NCBI GenBank assembly: GCA_964291625.2
Contig: OZ220089.1
Coordinates: forward strand, 2,720,001 to 2,784,000
Source: Candidatus Latescibacterota bacterium
GTDB lineage: Bacteria > Latescibacterota > UBA2968 > UBA8231
Direction of reading: 5' to 3'
Length of the DNA stretch: 64,000 nucleotides
This document shows, one piece after another, positions 40,087-49,578 of the stretch (its first letter is position 1; each line of letters opens with the position of its first letter). A program made the position numbers and the translations under genes. The notes below the pieces were generated by a model. The model did no database searches. It was not told the DNA's origin and was given only the letters and a program-made list of their open reading frames with translations.

Positions 40087-40875
40087 ATGAACGACGACGA
40101 GAGATACCTATTCGACCTGAACGGCTACCTGGTGTTGCGGCAGGTCCTCGACGCCGGCGAGGTGGCGGAGATGAACGCCGCCATCGACCACCACGGGGAC
40201 GGGCTGAACGAGCGCGACGGGTCCCTGGCGGGCGGGTCTCAGGCCCTGGCCGGCACCTCCCACCGCAAGGACCTGGGCGGCATGCTGGCCTGGGAGCGGC
40301 CCTGGTGCGAGCCCTTCCGGCGGCTCCTCGTCCATCCGCGGGTCAAGCCGCTCCTGGAGGCCATCCTCGGCCGCGGCTACCGCCTCGACCACGGCCCCGG
40401 CCTGATCGCCATGGACCGCGGCTGCGAGGGCGGTACACTGCACGGCGGCGGCGTCGAGCGCGCCGACATGTCGGAGCCCTACTTCTTCAAGGCCGACCGC
40501 ATCTACACCGGCCTGACGGTGGTGGAGTACCTCCTCGCCGACGAGGGTCCGGGCGACGGCGGCGTCGCCGTGGTCCCCGGGAGCCACAAGGCCAACCTGC
40601 CGTGCCCGCGGAGCATGAAGGACTGGGAGCGCTACCAGGAGCACGTGCTGGAGGTCAACGGCAAGGCCGGCGACGCCGTGATCTTCACCGAGACCCTGAC
40701 CCACGGCACCCTGCCGTGGACGGCGGCCCACGAGCGCCGGGCCCTGCTCTACAAGTTCAGCCCCGGCTGCCTGGCCTACGGCGCCGGCGTCCACCGGGCG
40801 GAGTACCCGGACTACGTGGCCGACATGTCCGAGGAGGAGCGGGCGGTGATGGAGGCGCCCCACATCCGGGGCTAG
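40087..40875 (+). CDS. PhyH-family Fe(II)/2OG enzyme
   Basis: ERYLFDLNGYLVL, RLDHGPG, LHGGG, VPGSHKAN, FTETLTHGTLPW. Confidence 0.85.
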   Translation: MNDDERYLFDLNGYLVLRQVLDAGEVAEMNAAIDHHGDGLNERDGSLAGGSQALAGTSHRKDLGGMLAWERPWCEPFRRLLVHPRVKPLLEAILGRGYRLDHGPGLIAMDRGCEGGTLHGGGVERADMSEPYFFKADRIYTGLTVVEYLLADEGPGDGGVAVVPGSHKANLPCPRSMKDWERYQEHVLEVNGKAGDAVIFTETLTHGTLPWTAAHERRALLYKFSPGCLAYGAGVHRAEYPDYVADMSEEERAVMEAPHIRG

Positions 40876-40882
40876 CTCCTCC

Positions 40883-42538
40883 TCAGCCGTCCACCTCGGG
40901 GACCTGCACCTCGGCCTCCAGCACCGTCCCCCGGAACCGCCCCGCGCCGTCCTGGATGCGGCCCACCGTCACCGGCAGGTCCGTCCGCACCAGCCGTCCC
41001 CGCCCCTGTCTCTCGGCGATCAGCTCGCCGTCGGCGAAGAGCCGCACGGCCTCCCCGTCGTACGTGCCCACCAGGTGATGCTCCCCCGCCGGCAGCGGCC
41101 GGGGCGCCCAGGCGCGCAGGCAGCCCCGGTCGGTGTTGACCAGGAAGCTGGGACCCGGCGCGCCGGCGTTGAGCCCGCCGTTGTGGCCCTGGTCGCACCA
41201 GCGCAGGCTGAACGAACCGCTGTCGCCGAGGGTGTCGCAGCGCAGGACGATGCCGTGGGTGACGAACTCCTCCGGGCGGCCGGGCTTGCGCCCCTGCTGC
41301 CAGGGAGCGGCGTAGAAGAACCGGCCGTCGAAGGCGCCGCCGTTGTAGCCGACGCTGTGGAGGCCGTCGGTGGCCGAGGCGTCGCGGGACTGCCAGCTCG
41401 ACGGGTCCTCGAAGGGGCGGGTCGCGTCGTAGCGCAGGTAGAAGGAGTGGAACAGGTTGTCGCGCTTTCCGGGGCCCACGTGCCGGAAGAAGGGCTGGAA
41501 GTAGACGAAGCGTCCGTCGAAGAAGCCGCCGTCGAAGCCGGTGGTGCGCAGGCCGCCGGTGGGGTCGGCGTCGTGGGCGGACCAGGCGTCCGGGTCGGCG
41601 AAGTCGCCGCGGGTGTCGAAGCGCACGATGCGGCCGTGGCCGTAGGCGCAGTAGTAGAGGAAGGTGCCGTCGAAGACGGCCCCGACCGCCATGCGGTAGC
41701 CGAGGGGCCGCGCGTCGAAGGCCTCCCACGAGGCCGGATCGTCGAAGGCCGCGGTCGTGTCGTGGCGGACGGCGAGGCCGTTCTCCAGGGGCACGAAGTA
41801 GGCGAAGCGGCCGTCGAAGGCGCCGCCGTCGAAGCACGCCGCCCGCGGCCCGAGGAAGTCCGTGATGTCCACGCTCGCATAGCTGGACCGGCTGGCGAAC
41901 TCCCCCCGCGTGTCGAAGCGCAGAACCCGGCCGCAGGGCTCGTCCTCCTTGTGGGGATCGCCGGAGAACCCCGGGCAGAAGTAGATGAAGCGGCCGTCGA
42001 AGGCGGCGCCCTGCTGCGAGTGGGCCTCGCCCATGTCGAAGGCCGACCAGCTGGCGGGGTCCTGGAAGTCGCCGGCCGTGTCGCAGCGCAGCAGGTGGCT
42101 GTGGTAGCGGTCCAGGTCGATCTGCCGGGGCACGAAGCAGACGTGGCGGCCGTCGAAGACGCCCCCGTAGTAGCCGCGGGTCTCCAGCCCCCCGGTGCGC
42201 CCCGCGTCGTACGCCCGGTAGCTGGCCGGATCGCGGAAGTCCCCGTGCGTGTCCAGCCGCAGGACCACGCCGTGGGTGGGATTCCCGGCCTCGCCGTGCT
42301 GCTCCGGCACGAAGTAGACGTAGCGGCCGTCGCAGACGGCGCCGAAGTAGCCGCGGCTCGGCAGGCCCCCGGTGGCGCCGGCGTCGAAGGCGGCGAACCC
42401 GGGCCACTCGTCGGGGGGCCGCCACTGGGAGACCAGGGCCTGCAGCGCCTCGGCGCGGCCGTCGTCGGCGGCCACCCGGGCGCTGACGGTCAGGGCCCCC
42501 CCGGGGGGAGCGGGGACGACCCGGAGGCCCTCGCTCAC
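40883..42538 (-). CDS. Protein with 7 G-x-x-FDGR-x-x-YF repeats (beta-propeller) and LamG-like domain
   Basis: Seven ~50-60 aa repeats; C-terminal HHLVGTYDG..VRLFADG...VGR....RFRG; GTG overlaps upstream stop. Confidence 0.75.
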   Translation of the reverse strand: MSEGLRVVPAPPGGALTVSARVAADDGRAEALQALVSQWRPPDEWPGFAAFDAGATGGLPSRGYFGAVCDGRYVYFVPEQHGEAGNPTHGVVLRLDTHGDFRDPASYRAYDAGRTGGLETRGYYGGVFDGRHVCFVPRQIDLDRYHSHLLRCDTAGDFQDPASWSAFDMGEAHSQQGAAFDGRFIYFCPGFSGDPHKEDEPCGRVLRFDTRGEFASRSSYASVDITDFLGPRAACFDGGAFDGRFAYFVPLENGLAVRHDTTAAFDDPASWEAFDARPLGYRMAVGAVFDGTFLYYCAYGHGRIVRFDTRGDFADPDAWSAHDADPTGGLRTTGFDGGFFDGRFVYFQPFFRHVGPGKRDNLFHSFYLRYDATRPFEDPSSWQSRDASATDGLHSVGYNGGAFDGRFFYAAPWQQGRKPGRPEEFVTHGIVLRCDTLGDSGSFSLRWCDQGHNGGLNAGAPGPSFLVNTDRGCLRAWAPRPLPAGEHHLVGTYDGEAVRLFADGELIAERQGRGRLVRTDLPVTVGRIQDGAGRFRGTVLEAEVQVPEVDG

Positions 42539-45099
42539 GAGCGCAGGACCTCCATGAGCGACATGTGCGGACGGCCGTACTCCTCGAGGTTGGACCAGCT
42601 CACGCGGCAGCCGGGGAAGGCCCGGCGCGCCGCGGCCTCGAAGAGCCGGCCGTTGAACCAGTCCACGGCGGAGCCGTCGAACTTGGCCGGCCCCTTGAAG
42701 CCCATGCGGTAGAGGCTGCGGCCTCGGCGGTTGCGGCGCCGGGGGACCTCGTGGTAGTCGGCGATGACCCGCACGATGAGGTCGATCAGCTCCAGCCCCC
42801 CCCGCGGGTGCAGGAGGTCGATGAGCAGCAGGCAGCCCTCGATGGAGCGGTTGGAGAGGTGCATCCAGACGTTGGGGGGGTACTCGTCGAGCACCTCCCG
42901 CAGGATCGCCGCCGGGTCGAGCTGCAGGCCGGCGAGGCGGCCCGGGTCGAGGAAGGAGAACCGGCCCAGGTCGGGGATGCGCACGTAGCGCTCCTCCAGC
43001 TTGAGCCCCGTGCCGCGGTCTTCCGGGTTGCCGTACAGGTCCTGCCAGAAGTGGTAGAACCGGAAGTCCCCCTCCTCCTCTCCGAGGCGCTCCCGGAAGC
43101 GCTCCCGGTAGCGGTCCAGGAAGGCGGAGGCGCCGGATCTCCCGATCGCCTCCAGCTCCTCCCGCAGCCGGTCCGCGTCGAGACCGTACTCCTCCGAGAG
43201 CAGCTCGACCTGCGGGCCGGGCAGGTAGAGGCGGGTCTCGATGGCGAAGCACTCGCCGTCGATCTGGGCCAGCTTGTCGTTGGGGAGGTTGTTGACGACG
43301 GAGGTCACGTGCACCCGCAGGACCCGCCCCCGGTAGCGTTCCAGCGGGGCCGTGGGCGCCTGGAGATCGGCCTGCACGTAGTCGAGGCGGAACCCCCGGC
43401 GCCGCTCGCCCAGCTCCTCCCGCGCCGCCTCGAGGGACGCCGGCGCGGCGTCGGCCAGCACGTAGCAGAGCGGCCCCGGCTCCAGGCGCCCGGCCCGGGC
43501 GAAGCGGGTCACCGTGTCGATGAACTCCCGGGCGTAGTCGACGCTGGAGACGCCGAACTCGACGTAGGCCAGCTCGGCGCCGGGGTCCTCGCCGCGGGCC
43601 TCGACGACCTGTTCCAGGAAGCGCCGGGCGTTGGCGCGCACCAGCTCCACGTCGGAGTCCGGGGAGCCGCTGATGCTGTCGCGGTAGTCGCGGCCGTGGG
43701 TGCCGACGTAGGCCCGCATGTGGCGCCAGAAGGTCTCGTTGAACTGCCACACCGGGCTCCGGCTGTAGGGCACCCAGTCCCCGATGACGGCGCCGCCCTC
43801 GCTCTCGGTGGAGCCGGCCCCGCGGCGGCGCAGGGCGGCGCCCACCGCCTCCTCGAGGGCGGTTCCGGTGTCGAGCTGGCGCACGTCGAGGGCCAGCTCC
43901 CACGTCTCCTCCGGCTCCCCCCCCGGGCCGACGAAGGGCCTGTAGGCGATGGGCACCCGGAAGTGCTGGGCGTAGGTGATGCGGTTCCAGTAGGTGCGGA
44001 AGGCGGGCCCGCCGGCCCCGGCCTCGACGACGCGCTCGAGGCTGCGCAGGGCGCCGCGGAAGGAGCGCACGTAGCCGTCGTCGCGCAGGCCGGGCTCGTG
44101 GACCACGGAGACGCCGCGGGTGCCAAGGTCGGCGCTCAGCAGGTCCACGTCGGAGCGGGCCCGCTCGCTCGGCGCCAGGCCCGCCGCCGACAGCACCGGC
44201 AGCAGGTCCGCGGTGCCGCTGATCGGCATCAGGTGGATGCCGGCGGCCCCGGGCAGCCGGCGGATGCGGCCGATCAGATCGGCGGACCAGCGGCGCTTGA
44301 AGGCGGTGAACTCCTCCTCGTCGAGGTCGCCCTCGGCGGCGCGGTAGTCGCGCAGCAGGGCGCGCGCCTCCGAGGAGCGGGTCCCGCAGCCGATCAGGAA
44401 GAGCCAGAACCGGAGCATCGCCGCCGAGCCGATCACGGGCACGCCGACCACCAGGGGGGTCGAGGTGAGACCGCGCGCGTGGGCTCTCTCCCACCAGGCC
44501 TCGTGGCGCTCCCACAGCAGCGGCGGCTGCAGCAGGATCGCCTGGGCTCCGGCGTCGATCTTGCGGGCCAGGCGGTCGACCCGCGCCTCGACCCGCCCCA
44601 CGAGGGGGTTCTCCACCGCCCACACGGGCAGCTCCGGCGGCAGCTGCCCCGACTCGCGCAGGCGGCGTGTCAGTTCCAGGGTCCGGAAGGCGTCCATCGG
44701 CAGCAGCGAGGCGCCGCCGGGGACCGCCCCCAGGCCGCGCCGCACCAGGTCCCCCCCCGAGAGCACCAGCAGCCCCCGGGCGCCGCCGCTCACGGCCCGC
44801 AGGATGCGGGCCTCCACCGTGCTCCGTGTGCGGGTTCCGGCGGCGATCGTGACGACCGGCTCGCGGGTCTCGTCCAGAACGTCGAAGAGGCTCTTGGGCC
44901 GCTCCCGGCGCCCGAAGAGGCGCACCGCGTCGCCGAGGCGGCCCACCAGCGGGATGTCGGGCAGGGTGACGGCGTCGACGGCGCCGCGCTCGATCAGCCG
45001 CGCATAGCGCGGCGCCTGCGCTGGGTGCGTTTGCTCGGCGGTGACCACGAACAGTCCGCGCCGCAGGCGGTCGGCGACGGGCGGGAGGGCGGCGGTCAC
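42535..45099 (-). CDS. MTHFR-like TIM barrel fused to SAM-dependent methyltransferase-like domain
   Basis: DAVTLPD, LVLSGGD, LARKIDAGAQAILLQP, GIHLM; C-terminal YVEFG, YVLAD, SVVNNLPND. Confidence 0.6.
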   Translation of the reverse strand: MTAALPPVADRLRRGLFVVTAEQTHPAQAPRYARLIERGAVDAVTLPDIPLVGRLGDAVRLFGRRERPKSLFDVLDETREPVVTIAAGTRTRSTVEARILRAVSGGARGLLVLSGGDLVRRGLGAVPGGASLLPMDAFRTLELTRRLRESGQLPPELPVWAVENPLVGRVEARVDRLARKIDAGAQAILLQPPLLWERHEAWWERAHARGLTSTPLVVGVPVIGSAAMLRFWLFLIGCGTRSSEARALLRDYRAAEGDLDEEEFTAFKRRWSADLIGRIRRLPGAAGIHLMPISGTADLLPVLSAAGLAPSERARSDVDLLSADLGTRGVSVVHEPGLRDDGYVRSFRGALRSLERVVEAGAGGPAFRTYWNRITYAQHFRVPIAYRPFVGPGGEPEETWELALDVRQLDTGTALEEAVGAALRRRGAGSTESEGGAVIGDWVPYSRSPVWQFNETFWRHMRAYVGTHGRDYRDSISGSPDSDVELVRANARRFLEQVVEARGEDPGAELAYVEFGVSSVDYAREFIDTVTRFARAGRLEPGPLCYVLADAAPASLEAAREELGERRRGFRLDYVQADLQAPTAPLERYRGRVLRVHVTSVVNNLPNDKLAQIDGECFAIETRLYLPGPQVELLSEEYGLDADRLREELEAIGRSGASAFLDRYRERFRERLGEEEGDFRFYHFWQDLYGNPEDRGTGLKLEERYVRIPDLGRFSFLDPGRLAGLQLDPAAILREVLDEYPPNVWMHLSNRSIEGCLLLIDLLHPRGGLELIDLIVRVIADYHEVPRRRNRRGRSLYRMGFKGPAKFDGSAVDWFNGRLFEAAARRAFPGCRVSWSNLEEYGRPHMSLMEVLRS

Positions 45100-45875
45100 T
45101 TCCCGCGTCGGTCGGCGTACCCGCGCAGGGAGGCCACGTGCGACGACACTACCTGCAGACCGTAGGAGAGGGGGGTGCCCACGTTCAGGAAGCGGTAGCC
45201 CCAGTCGATCTTCTGGCGGATGTCGTCGGGCTCGGCCAGGGTCGTGCCCGTGACGATGCCGGTGCCCTCCAGCCGCCGGGGGACCTCCTCCATGATGCTC
45301 TGCACCTCTTTCGAGCCCGTCTGCCCCATCACTCCCAGGGACGCCGACAGGTCCAGGGGGCCCACCAGGATGATGTCGATGCCCGGCACGGCGGCGATCT
45401 CGTCCAGGCTCTCCCAGGCCTGCAGGCTCTCGAGCTGGCAGACCAGCAGGGTCTCGTCGTTGGCCGTGGCGAGGACGTGGTCCCAGTCCTCGCCGGCGAT
45501 CCTCGTCCACATGGGCGACAGGCCGCGGTTGCCCTCGGGCGGGTAGTGGGCCGCGTCGACGGCCCGGGCCGCCTCCTCGGCGGAGTTGACCTGGGGGATC
45601 ATGACCAGCACCGCCCCCACGTCGTAGGCCTTCTTGATCAGGCCCGGGTCGTTGTTGGCCACCCGGATCAGGGGCGCCACCCCCCGCTGCCGGGCGAGAA
45701 CGGGGATGACGTCGAGGGATTCGACCCCGTAGGGCATGTGCTCGGTGTCGATCCACAGGAAGTCGATCCCGGTGTCGAGGGTGGGGCCGGCGAAGTGGGG
45801 GGTGAAGGCCGGCAGGCCGGTGCCGAAGACGACCTGCCCGTCGGCGAGCTTCTGCTTGATCGGGTTGGGGTACAT
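45096..45875 (-). CDS. HpcH/HpaI aldolase family protein
   Basis: DFLWIDTEH, PLIRV, D.GA..VMIPQV, YPPEGNRG, QLES, VGPLDLSASLG. Confidence 0.9.
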   Translation of the reverse strand: MYPNPIKQKLADGQVVFGTGLPAFTPHFAGPTLDTGIDFLWIDTEHMPYGVESLDVIPVLARQRGVAPLIRVANNDPGLIKKAYDVGAVLVMIPQVNSAEEAARAVDAAHYPPEGNRGLSPMWTRIAGEDWDHVLATANDETLLVCQLESLQAWESLDEIAAVPGIDIILVGPLDLSASLGVMGQTGSKEVQSIMEEVPRRLEGTGIVTGTTLAEPDDIRQKIDWGYRFLNVGTPLSYGLQVVSSHVASLRGYADRRGK

Positions 45876-45894
45876 GCGGTCTTCCTTGGGCGCG

Positions 45895-46704
45895 TCAGGC
45901 GCGCTGTGTCAAGAGGATGAAGGCCCCCAGCCCGACGCGGTACGCGGCGAAGGGAGGGGTGCCGAAGCGTTCGAGAAGTCGCAGCAGCAGGCCGATGGCG
46001 GCGTAACCGCTCACCGCGGCGGCGGCGATGCCGATGACCAGGCTGAGAACCTGCTCGCCCCCCGGGCCGGCGCCGAGCAGCTCCACCAGCTCCAGCAGGC
46101 CGGCGCCGGTGATGGCGGGCAGCCCGAGGAGGAAGGCGAACCGCGCCGCCTGCTCGCGGCGCAGGCCGACGAGCAGACCCGCCATGATCGTCGAGCCCGA
46201 CCGCGACACCCCCGGGATCAGGGCCAGGGCCTGGAACAGTCCGATCACCTGGATGCGCCAGAAGGAGAGCTCGGTCAGGTCGCGGTCGCGGCGCCCGAAC
46301 CGCTCGGCCAGCAGCAGGCAGGGGGCCAGGAGGATCAGGGCCCAGGCGATGACCGGCAGGGCCCGCGCCTCGGTGGCGATGAACCCCTTCAGCCCCAGGC
46401 CGCAGAGGACGGCGGGCACCGTGGCCGGCAGGATCGCCCAGGCGGTGAGGCATTCAGGAGAGTGGCGCAGGTCGCCGCGGCGCAGCCCCTCCGCCGCGGC
46501 CCCGGCGAGGCGGCGGATGTCCTCGGCGAAGAAGGCGAGCACCGCCGCCAGGGTGCCGAGGTGGATGGCGGCCGAGAAGGCGAGCCCCGGATCGCCCCAC
46601 CCGAGGTAGTGGGGCACGATGCGCAGGTGAGCGGTAGAGGAGACGGGCAGGGTCTCGGTGAGGCCCTGCACGAGGCCGAGGACGACGGACTGGAAGGGCG
46701 TCAT
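45895..46704 (-). CDS. uppP: Undecaprenyl-diphosphate phosphatase
   Basis: LGLVQGLTETLPVSSTAH, HLGT, QALALIPGVSRSGSTI, FAAYR. Confidence 0.93.
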   Translation of the reverse strand: MTPFQSVVLGLVQGLTETLPVSSTAHLRIVPHYLGWGDPGLAFSAAIHLGTLAAVLAFFAEDIRRLAGAAAEGLRRGDLRHSPECLTAWAILPATVPAVLCGLGLKGFIATEARALPVIAWALILLAPCLLLAERFGRRDRDLTELSFWRIQVIGLFQALALIPGVSRSGSTIMAGLLVGLRREQAARFAFLLGLPAITGAGLLELVELLGAGPGGEQVLSLVIGIAAAAVSGYAAIGLLLRLLERFGTPPFAAYRVGLGAFILLTQRA

Positions 46705-47031
46705 GTCGTCGGCTTCGGCATCATGGCGCGGTCAATCTATTGCGGAGGCGGGGGGCTGACCACGCCGCCCAGCCGTTCAGGATCCGAGTCTCGGGGCTCC
46801 GGTGGCCAGGGCTTCTCCCGGTCGCGGAGGGAGGGAGCTTCGGGGCAGGCTCCGCGCCGGGAGGGCTTCCCGGTCCGCATGCGGCAGCCGCTGAGAGCAT
46901 GTCCTCGAGGGGACCCGCTCGCTTGCGGTCTCGGCGCGGGTTGGCTGCCGGCGTGGCAGGGAGCCGGCCGTCAGCCGGCTACCCGGCTGTCCTCGACGGC
47001 CCGAAGGAGATGTCGGCGGCTCGGCGTGGGC

Positions 47032-47799
47032 TTACGGTGCCAGGGTGGACTTCACGCCGCCCCAGGTGGCCGGCGTCACGGCGCTGGGGACGTCGATGCG
47101 GCGGTACACGAGGGGCTCGACCTGCGGCTCCGCTTCCTGGAACCACCCCTCTTCGGAGGACGGGCGACCTTGGAGAATCAGGCCCTGGCCGCCATCCAGA
47201 ATCTCGTAGGAAGTGGGCGAGTATTCGTTCATCGAGAGCCGGACTGCTTCTGTGCTCAAGTGCTCCTGGTACAGGGCCGTGAGTTCCTGCTCGAGCTCCA
47301 GGCGGTCCTCTTCGGGGAAATCGCGTCCGTCCGCGGCGCGTTCCAGTGCCTCCAGGTTGAGCCCGAACTCGGTGTAGAGGGAGACGAAGAAGTCGGTGAA
47401 GTCCCTGTCGTTGCAGGTGATCTCGATGGCGAGCAGTTCCATACCGAGGCTGTCGCCGGAAGTCACGTACGTACCGGTGCCGAGGGAGGAAGTAGTCTCC
47501 ACCGTGACTTCGGGCCAGGCTGCCCGGAACATCTGGTTCATGGAGTCGGCGTCGGCAGAGGTCAGGTCCTCGTCGTGCTCGAACTGCGGTGCCGGCAGCA
47601 GGAATCCATCTTCCATCCGTGAGTTCGAGCTGAGCTCGAAAGTGCCGTCCTCCCTGAAGGTCAGGCTTCGGGTGAACGAAGCTCCGTAGGGGTCCTCGCC
47701 GCTCGCCTCCCAGGTGCCGACGAGACTGTCCTCGACGGCGGTGAGGGGAGGGACGCAGAGGGCGAGAAAGAGGATGGAAGGCAGGTACTTGCGGAGCAT
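47032..47799 (-). CDS. Secreted hypothetical protein with C-terminal TWGGVKS motif
   Basis: Signal peptide, lipocalin-like LVGTW..LTFREDGTF, ends SAVTPATWGGVKSTLAP; GGAGG RBS. Confidence 0.7.
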   Translation of the reverse strand: MLRKYLPSILFLALCVPPLTAVEDSLVGTWEASGEDPYGASFTRSLTFREDGTFELSSNSRMEDGFLLPAPQFEHDEDLTSADADSMNQMFRAAWPEVTVETTSSLGTGTYVTSGDSLGMELLAIEITCNDRDFTDFFVSLYTEFGLNLEALERAADGRDFPEEDRLELEQELTALYQEHLSTEAVRLSMNEYSPTSYEILDGGQGLILQGRPSSEEGWFQEAEPQVEPLVYRRIDVPSAVTPATWGGVKSTLAP

Positions 47800-47885
47800 G
47801 GGACACCTCCTTGCCACGGGACATGCGACATCATGCGGCCGGGGGATAGGCGACGCTTCGGGGTTTCTGCCCGTCAAGCCCGCCG

Positions 47886-49238
47886 TCAGGGGACCAGCCG
47901 CCGGCACTCCATGTAGTATCGCTTCTCCTCCGCCTCGCCGAGGGAGAAGCTCTTGCGCGGCAGCGGGCCGCTGCGCAGCACCGTGCGGAACAGGGCGTGC
48001 TTGTCGATCGACCGGGAGAGGAGCCCGGCGTTGCCGGCGCGCGAGCCCAGCTGCGTCGCCTCCTCCTCGCCGTGGATGTAGTCGAGGCGCAGGTCCCGCC
48101 GGGCGCCGAGGTCGGAGAGGAAGGCGTCCAGGGAGACGGCCTCGAGGTCGTGCCGGGGCTCGTGGACCACCACGATCCCCCACCGGGGCGCGCCGTCCCG
48201 GCCGGCGACGAAGGGCAGGTGATGCAGGCCCCGGGCCTCTAGGTCCTCCCGGGCCCGGCGCCAGGCCGCGGAAGAGTCGAAGGAATCGATCCGCGGCCGG
48301 CTGCCCTGCCCCCGGAAGAAGGCCTCCATCTCCCCCGCCAGCTCGCCGCCGTCGACGCCGAAGAGGACCCGGTGAATCGGCTCGAAGCGCAGCCCCGGGT
48401 CGTGCAGGTTGACCAGCTCCACGAGGGCGTGGCGCGACGAGTGGCCGGCCGCCTCGTCGAGACCGCCGGCCCGGTCGCGGATCCCGTCCCAGACCTGCCG
48501 GGCCGCGGCGAAGGAGTGGTTGCCGTCGCCCATGGCGTAGAGCGCCGGGGCGCCGTCCTCCAGGCCGTAGCGCCTGGCCAGGGCCTGCGGCGAGGCCAGC
48601 CGGGCGAGGGCGCCGGCGGCCTGACGGATCGCATCCTCCCCGGCCAAGTGCCAGCCGCGGACGCGGCCTCCGCCCAGCATCAGCTCCGTGTCGTAGAGGA
48701 GGGGCAGCGTCTCGTCGAAGAGGGGCTCGATGACCGTGGATTCCGGATCGTCGATGAGGACGAGGATGTGGGGCACCTCCAGGACCGCCCCCCGGCGGAC
48801 CTCCACCCGCGGCGGCAGGCGCCCGGGGTCGGTCCCCTCGGTCGTGCGGATCAGGGTCGAGGCGTCCGGGGAGAAGCTGTACTGCTCCAGGTCGAGGGCG
48901 GCGATCAGGCCCTTGCGCGAGGCGGCGTGCGGGGTGCTCCGGTCGACGAGCACGAAGCCGGGCTCCAGGGGCCGCAGGACCCCGTCGCGGAGGTAGCTCT
49001 CCATGCGCTCGTGGATGCCGCGAATCCGCCCGGAGCGGCCGGGCTCCTCCAGGAAGGCCTCGGGGAAGACCAAGTGCAGGGTGGAGGGGCGGCCCCCCAC
49101 GCGGCGGGCGGCCTCCTCCCAGTACCCCGGGTTGGAGGTGTGCTGGTCGCAGGCGATGACCGCCCACTCCTCGAGGGGCACGTCGGGGCGCGGCAGCAGG
49201 ACGCGGGGCACGCTGAGACCGATGTCGGGGAAGCGCAT
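47886..49238 (-). CDS. DUF1015-family protein
   Basis: WAVIACDQHTS, PSTLHLVFPE, IRTTEGT...RLPPR, YAMGDGNHS, FEPIHRV, LPRKSFSLG..EEKRYYME. Confidence 0.85.
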   Translation of the reverse strand: MRFPDIGLSVPRVLLPRPDVPLEEWAVIACDQHTSNPGYWEEAARRVGGRPSTLHLVFPEAFLEEPGRSGRIRGIHERMESYLRDGVLRPLEPGFVLVDRSTPHAASRKGLIAALDLEQYSFSPDASTLIRTTEGTDPGRLPPRVEVRRGAVLEVPHILVLIDDPESTVIEPLFDETLPLLYDTELMLGGGRVRGWHLAGEDAIRQAAGALARLASPQALARRYGLEDGAPALYAMGDGNHSFAAARQVWDGIRDRAGGLDEAAGHSSRHALVELVNLHDPGLRFEPIHRVLFGVDGGELAGEMEAFFRGQGSRPRIDSFDSSAAWRRAREDLEARGLHHLPFVAGRDGAPRWGIVVVHEPRHDLEAVSLDAFLSDLGARRDLRLDYIHGEEEATQLGSRAGNAGLLSRSIDKHALFRTVLRSGPLPRKSFSLGEAEEKRYYMECRRLVP

Positions 49239-49578
49239 GGCGGCAGAGTGTAGCCGCGGCCGCGTACGGCAACAACGGCGGCGTCGGTGCTGGCTTGCCA
49301 GCAGCCGCGGGGGTAGCTTGGGAGCCCGCCGGGCAGCGGCTTCAGGTCGCCGCCGGCGACGCTCTCGACACCCTGGTGCCGGCATCTCGACATGGACCAC
49401 GCGGCGGCCGGACGGTGCGGATGGCCGCCGGACCGTGCACGCCCATCCTCGAGTCCGGGGATCGAGGCGATGGCGGTGCTCCCGGCTGCTCCTTCTGTTG
49501 GCGGCGGGGCAGCCGCCGGCCGGCGCGGATGGCCGCCGGCCCCGCGCGCACCCCTCCCTCGATCCCGGGGATCGAGCC

